64,000 bases of DNA from an uncultured Candidatus Sumerlaeota bacterium (GTDB taxonomy: Bacteria; Sumerlaeota; Sumerlaeia; UBA8349): assembly GCA_942493245.1 (NCBI GenBank), contig OW818685.1, forward strand, positions 4,194,973 through 4,258,972. The letters are read 5' to 3'. The translations under genes and the position numbers were made by a program. The notes below the pieces were generated by a model. That model made no database searches, had not been told where the DNA came from, and saw only the letters and a list, made by a program, of their open reading frames with translations. This document shows positions 38,518-48,455 of this stretch, piece after piece (the stretch's first letter is position 1; every line of letters begins with the position of its first letter).

Positions 38518-40703
38518 TTTCGAGTTTCCTCCAGGATATGGCGGACCGTTTCGATCAGTTCGGACAAGCGGAAAGGCTTCTGCAGAAACCCGGTCACCTT
38601 CAGCCCTTCAAAACGCCGCATCACATCGTTTTCCCCATACCCGCTGCAAATCACCACTTTCGCATCCGGCCGAAGCTGAAGCATCCGCGCCATCGCATCG
38701 GCGCCATCCAGGCGCGGCATGGTCAAATCCAGCAACACGCACCCGATTTCATCGGGCGTTTTTTCAAACAGATCCACCGCTTCCTGACCATCCTTGGCCG
38801 CCAGAACCGTCAATCCCGCCCGTTCGAGGATGGTGCGGGCCACTTCGAGCACATACGGTTCGTCATCCGCCAGAAGTACCACTCCCTGACCGTGCCACTG
38901 TTCGGCGGGTGTCTTGGTGGCGGCGATCAGGGCTTGCGGTTTCGTTCGCGTGATGGGGAAATAGAGCGTGAAGATCGAACCGAAACCAGGTTCACTCTGA
39001 ACCGCAATCGCGCCTTTGTGCCCGCGCATGATCCCCCATACGACCGGCAACCCCAACCCCCGGCCCGTGAGCTTGGTGGTCGAGAAGGGATCGAACATGC
39101 AGCGCCGCATCTTCTCATCCATCCCGCAACCCGTGTCGGTCACACTCAGAGACAGGCATGGCCCGGAGAAAGACTGATCCGCATGCGGGATCAAGACCGG
39201 TCCTTCCGGCCCGTTGGGCAGGAATCCGGTCGCGATCTGGACCACCCCTTCCGCCGCGTCCCCCCGTCCTTTCTCCACAATGGCCTCGATGGCGTTGGTC
39301 ACCACATTCACCATCACCTGCCGCAATTGCGAGGAATCGCCCAGCATGGGGGGGAGATTCTCCGCCAGCACATATTCAACTCGGACGCCGGGAACCGCGG
39401 AGGCCTGCAACAGAATATCCGTCTGATGGACGATTTCATTCAGATGGATTTCCTGCGTGGAAATCAGACCGCTGCCCGAGTAAGCCAGCATCTGACCGCT
39501 GAGTTCGGCGGCCCGCCGGGCCGTCTCCAGAATCCGCGATGTATAAAGATGCGGGGTCGAATCGGGCGCCAGATCGCGTTGGAGCAGTTCGGCATGGCCC
39601 ATGACACTCATCAGCAGGTTGTTGAAATGGTGCGCGATTCCCCCGGCCATCACCCCCATGCTTTCAAACTTCTGCGTCTGCCGCATGCGGTTTTCAATCG
39701 TTTTGCGTTCGTTCTCGGCCTCGACTCGGAAGGTGATGTCGCGCCCCACCATGCAGCAGTATCTCTGGTTGCCGAATTCCAGGTAGTAGCCCATCAGTTC
39801 CACCGGCAGGACATTCCCGTCCTGACACAGCACCTGGACCTCGATGACAAGACGCCCCTGCTGGTTGATCCGGCCCCACCGCTCGGCCCACGTCTCATCC
39901 GAACACCCCACCACGACATTCATGATCCGCATGCCGGCCAGGTTTTCGCGGCTATAGCCGAGCGTCTGGAGCGTGGTTTCATTGCAGTCCAGAAAATGGC
40001 CCGTCTCGTCGAGCCAGAAAATCAGATCTGGAGCGTGGTCCACGGAGAATTGTGTCAGGCGCAAGGCTTCTTCGGCCCGTTTTCGTTCGGCAATCTCACG
40101 CTGGAGGTTCGCGTTGACTTGAGCCAACTCGACGGCCCGGCGTCCGACAATTTCCTCCAGGTCGCTCATTTTCATGGCGGCCTGGGCCGCCAAGGCCCAT
40201 TTCTCGGTCAAACTCAAGGCCATCTGCTGGATTTCACTGGATTCGAACGGTTTTTTCAGAATCAGAAACTGGTCGTGCGAACGCAGACTCCTGCGGATTT
40301 CACTCCACGAATAATCCGAATGAGCCGTACAGATCACAATCTGAATGGCCGAATCGAGCGCCCACATCTGCTTGATTGTTTCCAGCCCATCAATACCGGG
40401 CGGCATCCGCATGTCCACAAAGGCCAGCGCATAGGGGCGTTTCTGTTCCAGGGACGTTTTCACCCGCTCCACGGCGATCTCTCCCTGGTTCGCGTAATCC
40501 ACCTCGAACTCGGGAATTGACTCCGTTTTCACCGGCTCCCCATACAATTTGGCGGCCAGAAAATCCAGATCCGTCGCCTGATCCCGACTGCGCAAAGCCA
40601 TCTGGAATTGCATATAGACATCGTTCTCATCGTCCACAACGAGAACGCGGCGGGGAAATTGATCGAAAAGAGAACGCATGAAATCTCCTGCGGGGAAGGA
40701 CAC
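38514..40703 (-). CDS. Hybrid sensor histidine kinase / response regulator (REC-PAS-HisKA-HATPase-REC)
   Basis: N-terminal REC (VLVVDDE...FVDMRMP), PAS region, H-box GGIAHHFNNLL, HATPase (DTGCGM...GRGLGL) and C-terminal REC (VLLADDE...LLDLTMP). Overlaps pdxA by 4 nt. Confidence 0.8.
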   Translation of the reverse strand: MSFPAGDFMRSLFDQFPRRVLVVDDENDVYMQFQMALRSRDQATDLDFLAAKLYGEPVKTESIPEFEVDYANQGEIAVERVKTSLEQKRPYALAFVDMRMPPGIDGLETIKQMWALDSAIQIVICTAHSDYSWSEIRRSLRSHDQFLILKKPFESSEIQQMALSLTEKWALAAQAAMKMSDLEEIVGRRAVELAQVNANLQREIAERKRAEEALRLTQFSVDHAPDLIFWLDETGHFLDCNETTLQTLGYSRENLAGMRIMNVVVGCSDETWAERWGRINQQGRLVIEVQVLCQDGNVLPVELMGYYLEFGNQRYCCMVGRDITFRVEAENERKTIENRMRQTQKFESMGVMAGGIAHHFNNLLMSVMGHAELLQRDLAPDSTPHLYTSRILETARRAAELSGQMLAYSGSGLISTQEIHLNEIVHQTDILLQASAVPGVRVEYVLAENLPPMLGDSSQLRQVMVNVVTNAIEAIVEKGRGDAAEGVVQIATGFLPNGPEGPVLIPHADQSFSGPCLSLSVTDTGCGMDEKMRRCMFDPFSTTKLTGRGLGLPVVWGIMRGHKGAIAVQSEPGFGSIFTLYFPITRTKPQALIAATKTPAEQWHGQGVVLLADDEPYVLEVARTILERAGLTVLAAKDGQEAVDLFEKTPDEIGCVLLDLTMPRLDGADAMARMLQLRPDAKVVICSGYGENDVMRRFEGLKVTGFLQKPFRLSELIETVRHILEETRK

Positions 40704-41033
40704 CGCAACGGGTCTGTCCGGCTGGGGAAAACAACACTTTATTCTACAGATTTACCTATATCAGGATTAAAAAGCGCTCCCACTCACCTCACGAGATGCC
40801 GAACCTCACCCGAGAATGCTTCCGGTCCTTCACGTGGTTATTGTTGCACGCAACCGTGACACCGTCAAGTCAGGAGTGCAAAGAACAGACAAAGGGTTGA
40901 CGAAAGTCCGGCCTTGTACTAACGTGGTGTTTCGCAAAGGCGATCTGCGCCGGAAAGCGCCCAGCCTTTTTAGACAACCCATTCTGTGACAACGTTTTAT
41001 AAGGCACAAAAATCTCAGGCCGCGTGAGGATAC

Positions 41034-42989
41034 TTGTTCATGTCTCGAAACTTGACCTATAAAATACTGAAAGCCCACCTGATCGAGGGCGAACTCGAAC
41101 CCGGTCAGGAAATCGCCATCCGGATTGACCAGACCCTGACGCAGGACGCCACGGGCACCATGGCGTACCTGCAATTCGAAGCCCTGGGTATTGACCGCGT
41201 TCAGACGAAACTCTCCGTTTCCTACGTGGACCACAACACCCTCCAGTGTGGCTACGAAAACGCCGACGACCACCGCTACCTGCAATCGGTTGCCGCCAAA
41301 CACGGCATCAAATTCTCTGCACCGGGCAACGGCATCTGCCACCAGGTGCATCTGGAGCGCTTCGGGGTGCCGGGCATGACCCTGCTGGGCAGCGACAGCC
41401 ATACCCCCACGGGCGGCGGCATCGGCATGCTGGCCATCGGCGCGGGCGGACTCGATGTGGCCGTGGCGATGGGCGGCGGCGCTTTTTACCTGACCGCGCC
41501 CAAGGTGGTGGGCGTGTGGCTCGAAGGAAAATTGAGCCCCTGGGTCGCGGCCAAGGATGTCGTGCTCGAAGTGCTGCGCCGCCTGAAAGTCAAAGGCGGG
41601 GTGGGCCGCGTGATCGAGTACCGGGGGCCGGGCGTGGCCACTCTCAACGTGCCCGAGCGCGCCACGATCACCAACATGGGCGCCGAACTGGGCGCCACCA
41701 CCAGCATTTTCCCGAGCGACGATCAGACGCGCGACTTCATGCGCCTGCAACACCGCGGATCGAGTCACCGTTACCTCGGGCCCGATGAGGGGGCGCTTTA
41801 CGACGAAGAGATCGAAATAGACCTTTCAAAACTCGAACCCCTCGTGGCCTGTCCCCACAGCCCGGACAATGTCGTTGAGGCGCGCAAACTGGCCAACATC
41901 AAGGTGGCGCAGGTGGCCATCGGTTCCTGTACCAATTCCTCGCTGCAGGACCTGATGATGATCGCCCGTGTGCTGAAGGGCAAGCGGGTCCACCCCGAAA
42001 CGAGCGTTTGCCTCTCGCCCGGTTCCAAGCAGGTGTTGCGTAACCTGATCGAGACCGGTGGGCTTGATCCGATCGTGGCCGCGGGGGTGCGTTTGATGGA
42101 ACCTGCGTGCGGCCCGTGCATCGGGATGGGGATGTCGCCCCCCAGCGGTTCGGTTTCCCTGCGCACGTTCAACCGCAACTTTCAGGGGCGCACGGGCACC
42201 AAGGACGCGCAGGCTTACCTGTGCAGCCCACAGGTCGCCATCGCTTCGGCGCTGACGGGTCACATCACCGACCCGCGCGAACTGGGCAACGCGCCACGCG
42301 TCCGGATGCCCGAAAGTCTGGTCATTGACGACTCGATGATCCTGAATCCGGCGGACGATCCCGAAAGTGTCGCGATCGTGCGTGGACCCAACATCAAGCC
42401 GCTGCCCATCAACAAAGCGCTGCCCGCCTCCCTTCAGGGCGATGTACTCCTGAAGGTCGAGGACAACATCACCACCGACCACATCATGCCGGCCGGCGCC
42501 AAGGTGTTGCCGCTGCGCTCGAACATCCCCGCCATCAGCGAGTATGTTTTCTCCGCAGTGGATGCAGGTTTTGCCGCCCGCGCGCGGGAACGCAAGGGCG
42601 GTTTCGTCGTCGGGGGCGAGAATTACGGTCAAGGATCCTCGCGTGAACACGCGGCGCTCGCGCCCATGTATCTGGGCGTCAAAGCCGTGATTACAAAGTC
42701 TTTCGCGCGCATCCACCAGGCCAACCTGATCAATTTCGGCATTCTGCCCCTGACCTTCTGCGATCCGTCGGCTTACAACGGCATCGCGCAGGATGACCGT
42801 CTGGAGATCCCCGATCTCAAGACGGCCCTGAAAAAAAACGCGGAAACCGTGACGGTCGTCAATCAGACGAAGAAAACGTCGTTCGAGGTGGCGCTCAACT
42901 TCAGCGAACGCCAGCGCGAGATTCTGCTGGCCGGCGGGTTGTTGAACCTCACGCGCGACCAGCAGAAGAAAGCGGAAGGTAAGGCCTGA
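41034..42989 (+). CDS. Aconitase family protein (aconitate hydratase, about 650-aa form)
   Basis: ...GICHQVHLERF..., ...GSDSHTPTGGG... and ...SCTNSS... are aconitase Fe-S cluster ligand regions, and ...GENYGQGSSREHAA... is the swivel domain. Confidence 0.7.
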   Translation: MFMSRNLTYKILKAHLIEGELEPGQEIAIRIDQTLTQDATGTMAYLQFEALGIDRVQTKLSVSYVDHNTLQCGYENADDHRYLQSVAAKHGIKFSAPGNGICHQVHLERFGVPGMTLLGSDSHTPTGGGIGMLAIGAGGLDVAVAMGGGAFYLTAPKVVGVWLEGKLSPWVAAKDVVLEVLRRLKVKGGVGRVIEYRGPGVATLNVPERATITNMGAELGATTSIFPSDDQTRDFMRLQHRGSSHRYLGPDEGALYDEEIEIDLSKLEPLVACPHSPDNVVEARKLANIKVAQVAIGSCTNSSLQDLMMIARVLKGKRVHPETSVCLSPGSKQVLRNLIETGGLDPIVAAGVRLMEPACGPCIGMGMSPPSGSVSLRTFNRNFQGRTGTKDAQAYLCSPQVAIASALTGHITDPRELGNAPRVRMPESLVIDDSMILNPADDPESVAIVRGPNIKPLPINKALPASLQGDVLLKVEDNITTDHIMPAGAKVLPLRSNIPAISEYVFSAVDAGFAARARERKGGFVVGGENYGQGSSREHAALAPMYLGVKAVITKSFARIHQANLINFGILPLTFCDPSAYNGIAQDDRLEIPDLKTALKKNAETVTVVNQTKKTSFEVALNFSERQREILLAGGLLNLTRDQQKKAEGKA

Positions 42990-43039
42990 GGTGGGATTGC
43001 CGGTTCAAAACAGAGCCTGAGCGCGCGAGTCTGTCCGTA

Positions 43040-44494
43040 ATGAACGTTCTTGAAATCCTCCACCACTCCGCAGAGCAATGGCCCGAGCGCGCGGCCCTGA
43101 TTCACGGAACGGATCGGATCGAGTATCGGTGTCTTTTTGCCGCCGCGCACCGCCTGCGCGACCGCTTCATTGAATTGGGCCTTCGGCCCGGTCAGGCCGT
43201 CGCGGTTGTGGGGGGGAACAATCCCGCCTTCATCGCCGCCGCCTTTGCCGTGGCGGGCGCGGGCGCGGTGGCCGTGCTTCAGTCGCACACCCAGACGGAC
43301 GAGGAACTGCGCGAAACACTCGACGCCCTTCCAATCCATGCGGTCGTGAGTGACGGCCTGCGCGAGTCTTTTCCCCTCGGACTGAAAGCGCAACCGCTCG
43401 ACCTGGACGGTCTTGCCGAAGGGTTGCGTTTCGCCTGGACCTATCCGTTTCCGGAGCGGCCTTTTGCCCCAACCGTGCCCGAGGCGGCCTTTGCCCGATT
43501 CACATCCGGCACCACGGGACAGCCCAAGTGCGCGGTTCTGACCCACGCCAATATCTGCGACCGCATCCGGGCGGCCAATCAGGGACTCGGGGTGACCCCC
43601 GCCGACACGGTGTTGTGGCTGCTGCCGATGGCGTTTCACTTTTTTGTTTCCATCACGTTGTACCTGGCCTATGGCGCCACGATTGTTCTGACCGAAAACC
43701 CCTCCCCGCGCGAGATTCTGGAGCAGGTCAAGCGCCACGCCGCCCGAATCCTTTACGCCGCGCCGCGCCACTACCAGCGTCTGGCTGAAGAACCGGAAAC
43801 CGGCATCGAGACCCCGCTGGCCTCGTTGCGCCTGGCCATCTCGACGGCCAGCGGCCTGCCTGCCCGTGTCGCCCGCGCTTTCCAGGAGCGTTATGGAGTG
43901 CCGGTTTCACAGGCCTATGGAATCATTGAGGCGGGCCTGCCCATGCTCAATACGGCCCATGCGTTCGAGCAACCGGAGGCGGTCGGCACTCCCCTGCCGG
44001 GTTGGGAAGTTCGCTTGCTCGACTCCAAGGGAACGCCGACGCCGAACGGTTCGGTGGGAGAATTGTTGTTGCGCGGCCCCGGTCTGTTTTCCGGATACCT
44101 TCTGGGCGAGGCCTTTGTCACCGGCCTCACGCCGGACGGCTGGTTGCCCACGGGGGATCTGGCCCAACGGACCGGTTCGGCGTGTTACCGCATTCTGGGA
44201 CGCGCCCACGCCGCCATTTCCCTCGAGGGGCGGACTCTTTTCCCCGAAGTGATCGAAGCCGCGCTCGAAAGCCACCCGAGCGTGGACCAGGCGCGGGTCA
44301 TCGTTTCCCCAACGGGGAAGAGCCTGCACGCGGACCTGGTCGCCACCGCCGGTTTTCCCCGGCCTTCCCTCAGGGAACTTCGCGCCTGTGGTCAGGGTAC
44401 CGAGGGCCTCGAAGCGCTGCAAACCGTTGCCTGGGTCGAGTCGCTGGAAAAAACTGCCAGCGGCAAGATTCGCCGGTGGAACAAAGACACCTGA
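43040..44494 (+). CDS. AMP-dependent synthetase/ligase (acyl-CoA synthetase-like adenylate-forming enzyme)
   Basis: FTSGTTGQPKCAVLTH (AMP-binding motif I), ...YGIIEAG..., ...TGDLAQRTG... and ...KTASGKIRR... (A10 Lys). Confidence 0.75.
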   Translation: MNVLEILHHSAEQWPERAALIHGTDRIEYRCLFAAAHRLRDRFIELGLRPGQAVAVVGGNNPAFIAAAFAVAGAGAVAVLQSHTQTDEELRETLDALPIHAVVSDGLRESFPLGLKAQPLDLDGLAEGLRFAWTYPFPERPFAPTVPEAAFARFTSGTTGQPKCAVLTHANICDRIRAANQGLGVTPADTVLWLLPMAFHFFVSITLYLAYGATIVLTENPSPREILEQVKRHAARILYAAPRHYQRLAEEPETGIETPLASLRLAISTASGLPARVARAFQERYGVPVSQAYGIIEAGLPMLNTAHAFEQPEAVGTPLPGWEVRLLDSKGTPTPNGSVGELLLRGPGLFSGYLLGEAFVTGLTPDGWLPTGDLAQRTGSACYRILGRAHAAISLEGRTLFPEVIEAALESHPSVDQARVIVSPTGKSLHADLVATAGFPRPSLRELRACGQGTEGLEALQTVAWVESLEKTASGKIRRWNKDT

Positions 44495-44534
44495 TCCAAT
44501 GGCTTGATACAATTTCACAAACGAAAGAGTCCCC

Positions 44535-45002
44535 ATGTCCTCTCAACCCAACCCCGAAACACCCGATTCTTCCGTTCCGACCGATTCCGGTCTGGCTTCC
44601 AAGGACTATCTGGTGGTGGTCCAGTGCCATATCGTCCAGGAGCGGTGCAGTGGGTATTACTGCGAACGCGCGTTTCACGACCGAGAGGGCGGTTTCGCCG
44701 CCTGTCCGGCGGAGAAACCGGTCCGCATGGTCAGTGTGACGTGCGGCGGGTGCTGCGGACGGGCGCTCCAGCGCAAACTCTCGAACCTGGTGCGGTGCGC
44801 CGGGAAGGACGGAATCCCGAAGGAACGGATCGGGGTCCAGTTCGCCTCGTGTATCACAAAGGACAACCACCACGCGCCCCCCTGTCCCCACCGGGGGTAC
44901 CTGCGGAAACTGGTCGAGAAGTTGGGGCTGGACTATTTCCAGGATACGCATATCAGCAAAAAGTCGCAAAGCCGCCGCGAAGCGGGTCTGTATCGGGAAT
45001 AG
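44535..45002 (+). CDS. CGGC domain protein
   Basis: ...VVVQCHIVQERCSGYYCE...VTCGGCCGRAL... is the Cys-rich CGGC motif. Confidence 0.6.
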   Translation: MSSQPNPETPDSSVPTDSGLASKDYLVVVQCHIVQERCSGYYCERAFHDREGGFAACPAEKPVRMVSVTCGGCCGRALQRKLSNLVRCAGKDGIPKERIGVQFASCITKDNHHAPPCPHRGYLRKLVEKLGLDYFQDTHISKKSQSRREAGLYRE

Positions 45003-45022
45003 ATCTCCCACAAGGTCAAACC

Positions 45023-48000
45023 ATGCCGTTTTCCCGTCTTCACCTCCTCCTGCGAACCCTGCGCCACTACTGGCGCGTCCAGTTGGCTGTGGCTCTGGCT
45101 GCGGCGATCGGGGTGGCTGTGCTGGCCGGGTCGTTCCTGGTGGGGGCGTCGGTCAAGGCGAGTCTGCGCGCCCTGACGCTCGAACGCCTGGGACCGGTGC
45201 AGGACGCGCTGGTTTCAGAACTATTCTTTGCGGAAGATCTGGCCCTCCGACTGAACCAGGCAGCGGAGGATTCCTCCTCGACGTTCTGCTCCGCGATCAT
45301 TTTCGCCGGCTCGGTTCGCCACGCCGACTCGAACGCCCGCGCCAGTCAGGTCCAGATTATGGGCGCCGCTCAGGATTTCTGGGACTTCATGGGGGTGCCA
45401 TCACTCCGCTGGGACGCGTTTGCCGACCCGGAAGAAAGTGTCGTCCTGAACGAGGCGCTGGCCCGGGAACTTCAGGCGAAGGAAGGCGACGAGATTCTGG
45501 TACGGGCCGAGCGGCCCAGCGCCATCGGGCGCAACACCTACCTCGGCGACCGCGACGCCACCGTGGCGACGTTGCGACTGACCGTCGTGCGTATTCTGCC
45601 GGAACAGGGGATCGGGCGCTTTGGGCTGACCCCCTTGCAGCAACAGCCGCTCAATCTGTTCATCCCCTTGAAGACCCTTCAGGGACGCCTGGAACAGGAG
45701 GGGCGGGTGAATACCCTGTTGGCGTCCCGGACGCAGACGGCCCCGCAAGAATTACTGGATCGGGTGGCCACCCTGGATGACCTGGGATTGCAGGTGGCCC
45801 GGAAGACCAGCGACCGCCCCAAAGTCACGGTACAACCCTGTGCGACCCTGGAAGGGGACCGCATTTTCCTCGCTCCGGCGGTCGAAGAGGCCGCGCACCG
45901 CAGCGCCACGGAGTTGAGCCTCGACGCGGCGCCGGTGTTGACCTACTTGGCCAACACCATCCGGGCGGGGGACCGGACGATCCCCTATTCGGTCGTCACG
46001 GGAGCCAACCAGGTGGGGGCGGACTCGCCGGGACCACGCGCCGGAGAAGTTTTCCTCAACCAGGAAGCGGCGGACGACTTGCAGACCTCCGTGGGGTGTC
46101 CGGTTGGCTTGACCTATTACGTCCCAACCACTCGGGGTGAGCTGCTCGAAGAGACGACCACCTTCACGCTGGCGAAAATTGTCCCGATGCAGGCGCCCTG
46201 GGCCGATCCGACCCTGGCGCCCAATTTCCCCGGTCTGGCCGACAAGCCCAAACTCTCGAACTGGGATGCGCCCTTCAAAATTGACCACAACCGCATCCGC
46301 ACACGAGACGACGAATACTGGGAAGACTACCGCGCCACGCCCAAGGTGTTCGTGGCGCTCGAAACCGCGCGCGCCAAGTGGGGAAACCCGTATGGAAATC
46401 TCACGGCGGTTCGGTTCCGGGAACCCGATGGAGGAGAAGTCGGCGCGGATCGTCTGGAATCTCTGAGCCAGTCGTTACGCAAAGGGATTTCCCCCGCATC
46501 GGTCGGGATGGTTTTTGCGCCGGTCCTGGCGCAGGGTCTGGCAGCGTCCCAGGGGGCGTCGGATTTCGGGCAGTTGTTCGTCGGGTTCAGTCTGTTCATC
46601 CTCGTGTCTGTGGCGGCGTTGATTCAGATTCTCTTCCGATTGGGGATCGAAGGTCGCGCGCGACAGTTTGGATTGTTGCGCGCCGTCGGGTTCACGACCC
46701 GCCAGGCGAACCGTCTGTTGTTGTCCGAGGCGGCCATCGTCGCCGCCGCCGGAGGGGTCGTGGGGCTTCTGCTGGCCGTGGGTTATGCCTCCCTGATGGT
46801 GCATGGACTGAACACCTGGTGGGTGGGTTCGATCGGGAGTCCGTTTGTGCGGTTTGCGCTTTCATCGGGCGCTCTGGCTGGTGGGTTTGTGGGAGGCTGG
46901 GGCGTGGCGCTCGCCGCGTCGTACTGGGCGGTGCGGGATCTGGCGAAGATTTCCGAATGTCAGTTGCTGGCCGGACGGATCGAGCGGTTGGTCTCTCCAT
47001 CGAGCGGTCGCCGGGGACCTCGGCGGTGGGCGGTCGGATTCGGCGTTCTCGCGGTGTTACTTCTGGCGGGGGCGTTTCTGTCGCCCGCCCGGTTGCAGGC
47101 GGCGCTTTTCTTCACCACCGCCGCGGCGCTGCTGGCCGCCGCGCTGGCGGGGTTTGCGCTGTATCTGCGGTCCGAGGGAGAAACGAAAATCGAGCGGATC
47201 AGCCTGACGCGAATCGCCCGGGCCGCCGCGCGTCGGCAACCGGGGCGTAATCTGTTGATCGTCGCGCTGGTGGCGACCGCCACATTCCTGATTGTGGCCG
47301 TGGGCGCCAATCGCCAGACCGCACAGACCCGGGCATTGGACAAAGACTCCGGTACGGGCGGTTTCGCCCTCCTGGCCAAAACCGCCGTGCCCCTCTATCA
47401 GCCCATTCAGACCCTTCTGGCCGAGCGTGGTTTCCCGATGGCGGAAATCCCGGAAGGCGGGTTGCATGCCCTGCGCCTGCGTCCGGGGGATGACGCCAGT
47501 TGCCAGAACCTCTACCGGGCCACCGAGCCTCGGCTTCTGGGAGTGGATGCGGCGTTTATTGCGCGCGGTGGGTTTATGTTCTCGGCCTCCGAGGCTCATG
47601 ACCCGGAGACGAAGGCCAATCCGTGGAAACTCCTCGAACGCCCGTGTGAGGAGGGAGTGGTCCCTGTCATCGGCGACTACACGACGGTTTATTGGTTGTT
47701 GCGTCTGGGGCTGGGGAAGGAAATCACGGTGGCCGGACACCGGTTGCGCATCGTCGGGTTGCTCAACAAGAGCGTATTTCAGAGCGAACTGGTGATGAGC
47801 GCGGACAATTTCGAGCGGCTTTTCCCCGACAATCCCGGGTGGAGTGTCTTCGCGCTGGATGCAGGCGGACGCGACGCCACCGCCCTGGGCACGCAACTCG
47901 AGGAGGCGATCGAAGACTACGGGTTCGACGCCACCTCGGCCTCCGACCGGCTCGACAGCCTGATGACGATCGAGAACACGTACCTGGCGACGTTTCAGAG

Positions 48001-48358
48001 TCTGGGCGGACTGGGATTGTTACTGGGAACGCTGGGACTGGCGCTGGTGCTGGTGCGCAATCTTCTGGAGCGGCGGCGCGAGCTAGCGCTCCTGCAGGCG
48101 CTGGGTTTCCGGTTTCGGTCGCTGTTGTGGCTGGCGTTGTCCGAGAACCTGTTCCTTCTGACTGTGGGCATGGGGGTGGGCGCTTTGTGCGCCCTTCTGG
48201 CGATCGCTCCCGCCCTGCTGAGCCGGGCGGCGCTGCCCGACTGGGGGGGATTGTTGACAACCCTGACCGGGGTCTTCCTGTTCGGGGCCGTTTCCGCGCT
48301 TCTCAGCGCCACGCTGGCCCTGCGGGTTCCGGTTCAGGATGCGCTGCGGGAAGAGTGA
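45023..48358 (+). CDS. Very large FtsX-like (MacB/LolE-type, two FtsX/DUF214 domains) ABC transporter permease
   Basis: 1111 aa. Two 4-TM FtsX-like modules separated by large extracytoplasmic domains. No adjacent ATPase. ORF 44504..48358 includes a 5' extension overlapping the CGGC gene. Confidence 0.65.
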   Translation: MPFSRLHLLLRTLRHYWRVQLAVALAAAIGVAVLAGSFLVGASVKASLRALTLERLGPVQDALVSELFFAEDLALRLNQAAEDSSSTFCSAIIFAGSVRHADSNARASQVQIMGAAQDFWDFMGVPSLRWDAFADPEESVVLNEALARELQAKEGDEILVRAERPSAIGRNTYLGDRDATVATLRLTVVRILPEQGIGRFGLTPLQQQPLNLFIPLKTLQGRLEQEGRVNTLLASRTQTAPQELLDRVATLDDLGLQVARKTSDRPKVTVQPCATLEGDRIFLAPAVEEAAHRSATELSLDAAPVLTYLANTIRAGDRTIPYSVVTGANQVGADSPGPRAGEVFLNQEAADDLQTSVGCPVGLTYYVPTTRGELLEETTTFTLAKIVPMQAPWADPTLAPNFPGLADKPKLSNWDAPFKIDHNRIRTRDDEYWEDYRATPKVFVALETARAKWGNPYGNLTAVRFREPDGGEVGADRLESLSQSLRKGISPASVGMVFAPVLAQGLAASQGASDFGQLFVGFSLFILVSVAALIQILFRLGIEGRARQFGLLRAVGFTTRQANRLLLSEAAIVAAAGGVVGLLLAVGYASLMVHGLNTWWVGSIGSPFVRFALSSGALAGGFVGGWGVALAASYWAVRDLAKISECQLLAGRIERLVSPSSGRRGPRRWAVGFGVLAVLLLAGAFLSPARLQAALFFTTAAALLAAALAGFALYLRSEGETKIERISLTRIARAAARRQPGRNLLIVALVATATFLIVAVGANRQTAQTRALDKDSGTGGFALLAKTAVPLYQPIQTLLAERGFPMAEIPEGGLHALRLRPGDDASCQNLYRATEPRLLGVDAAFIARGGFMFSASEAHDPETKANPWKLLERPCEEGVVPVIGDYTTVYWLLRLGLGKEITVAGHRLRIVGLLNKSVFQSELVMSADNFERLFPDNPGWSVFALDAGGRDATALGTQLEEAIEDYGFDATSASDRLDSLMTIENTYLATFQSLGGLGLLLGTLGLALVLVRNLLERRRELALLQALGFRFRSLLWLALSENLFLLTVGMGVGALCALLAIAPALLSRAALPDWGGLLTTLTGVFLFGAVSALLSATLALRVPVQDALREE

Positions 48359-48455
48359 TTCCGTGTCCTGATTCAGTTTCATAAACCTGTAGAGGATGGA
48401 ACCGGTTGCCGGATTTCCGCTTTTTCGCTTGCGTTGAACTTCCTTCCCATTCAAT

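Noticed and set aside
44504-45022. 5' extension of the FtsX-permease ORF
   Set aside because: It overlaps the well-formed CGGC gene in another frame. The real start MPFSRL at 45023 is followed by a TM helix.
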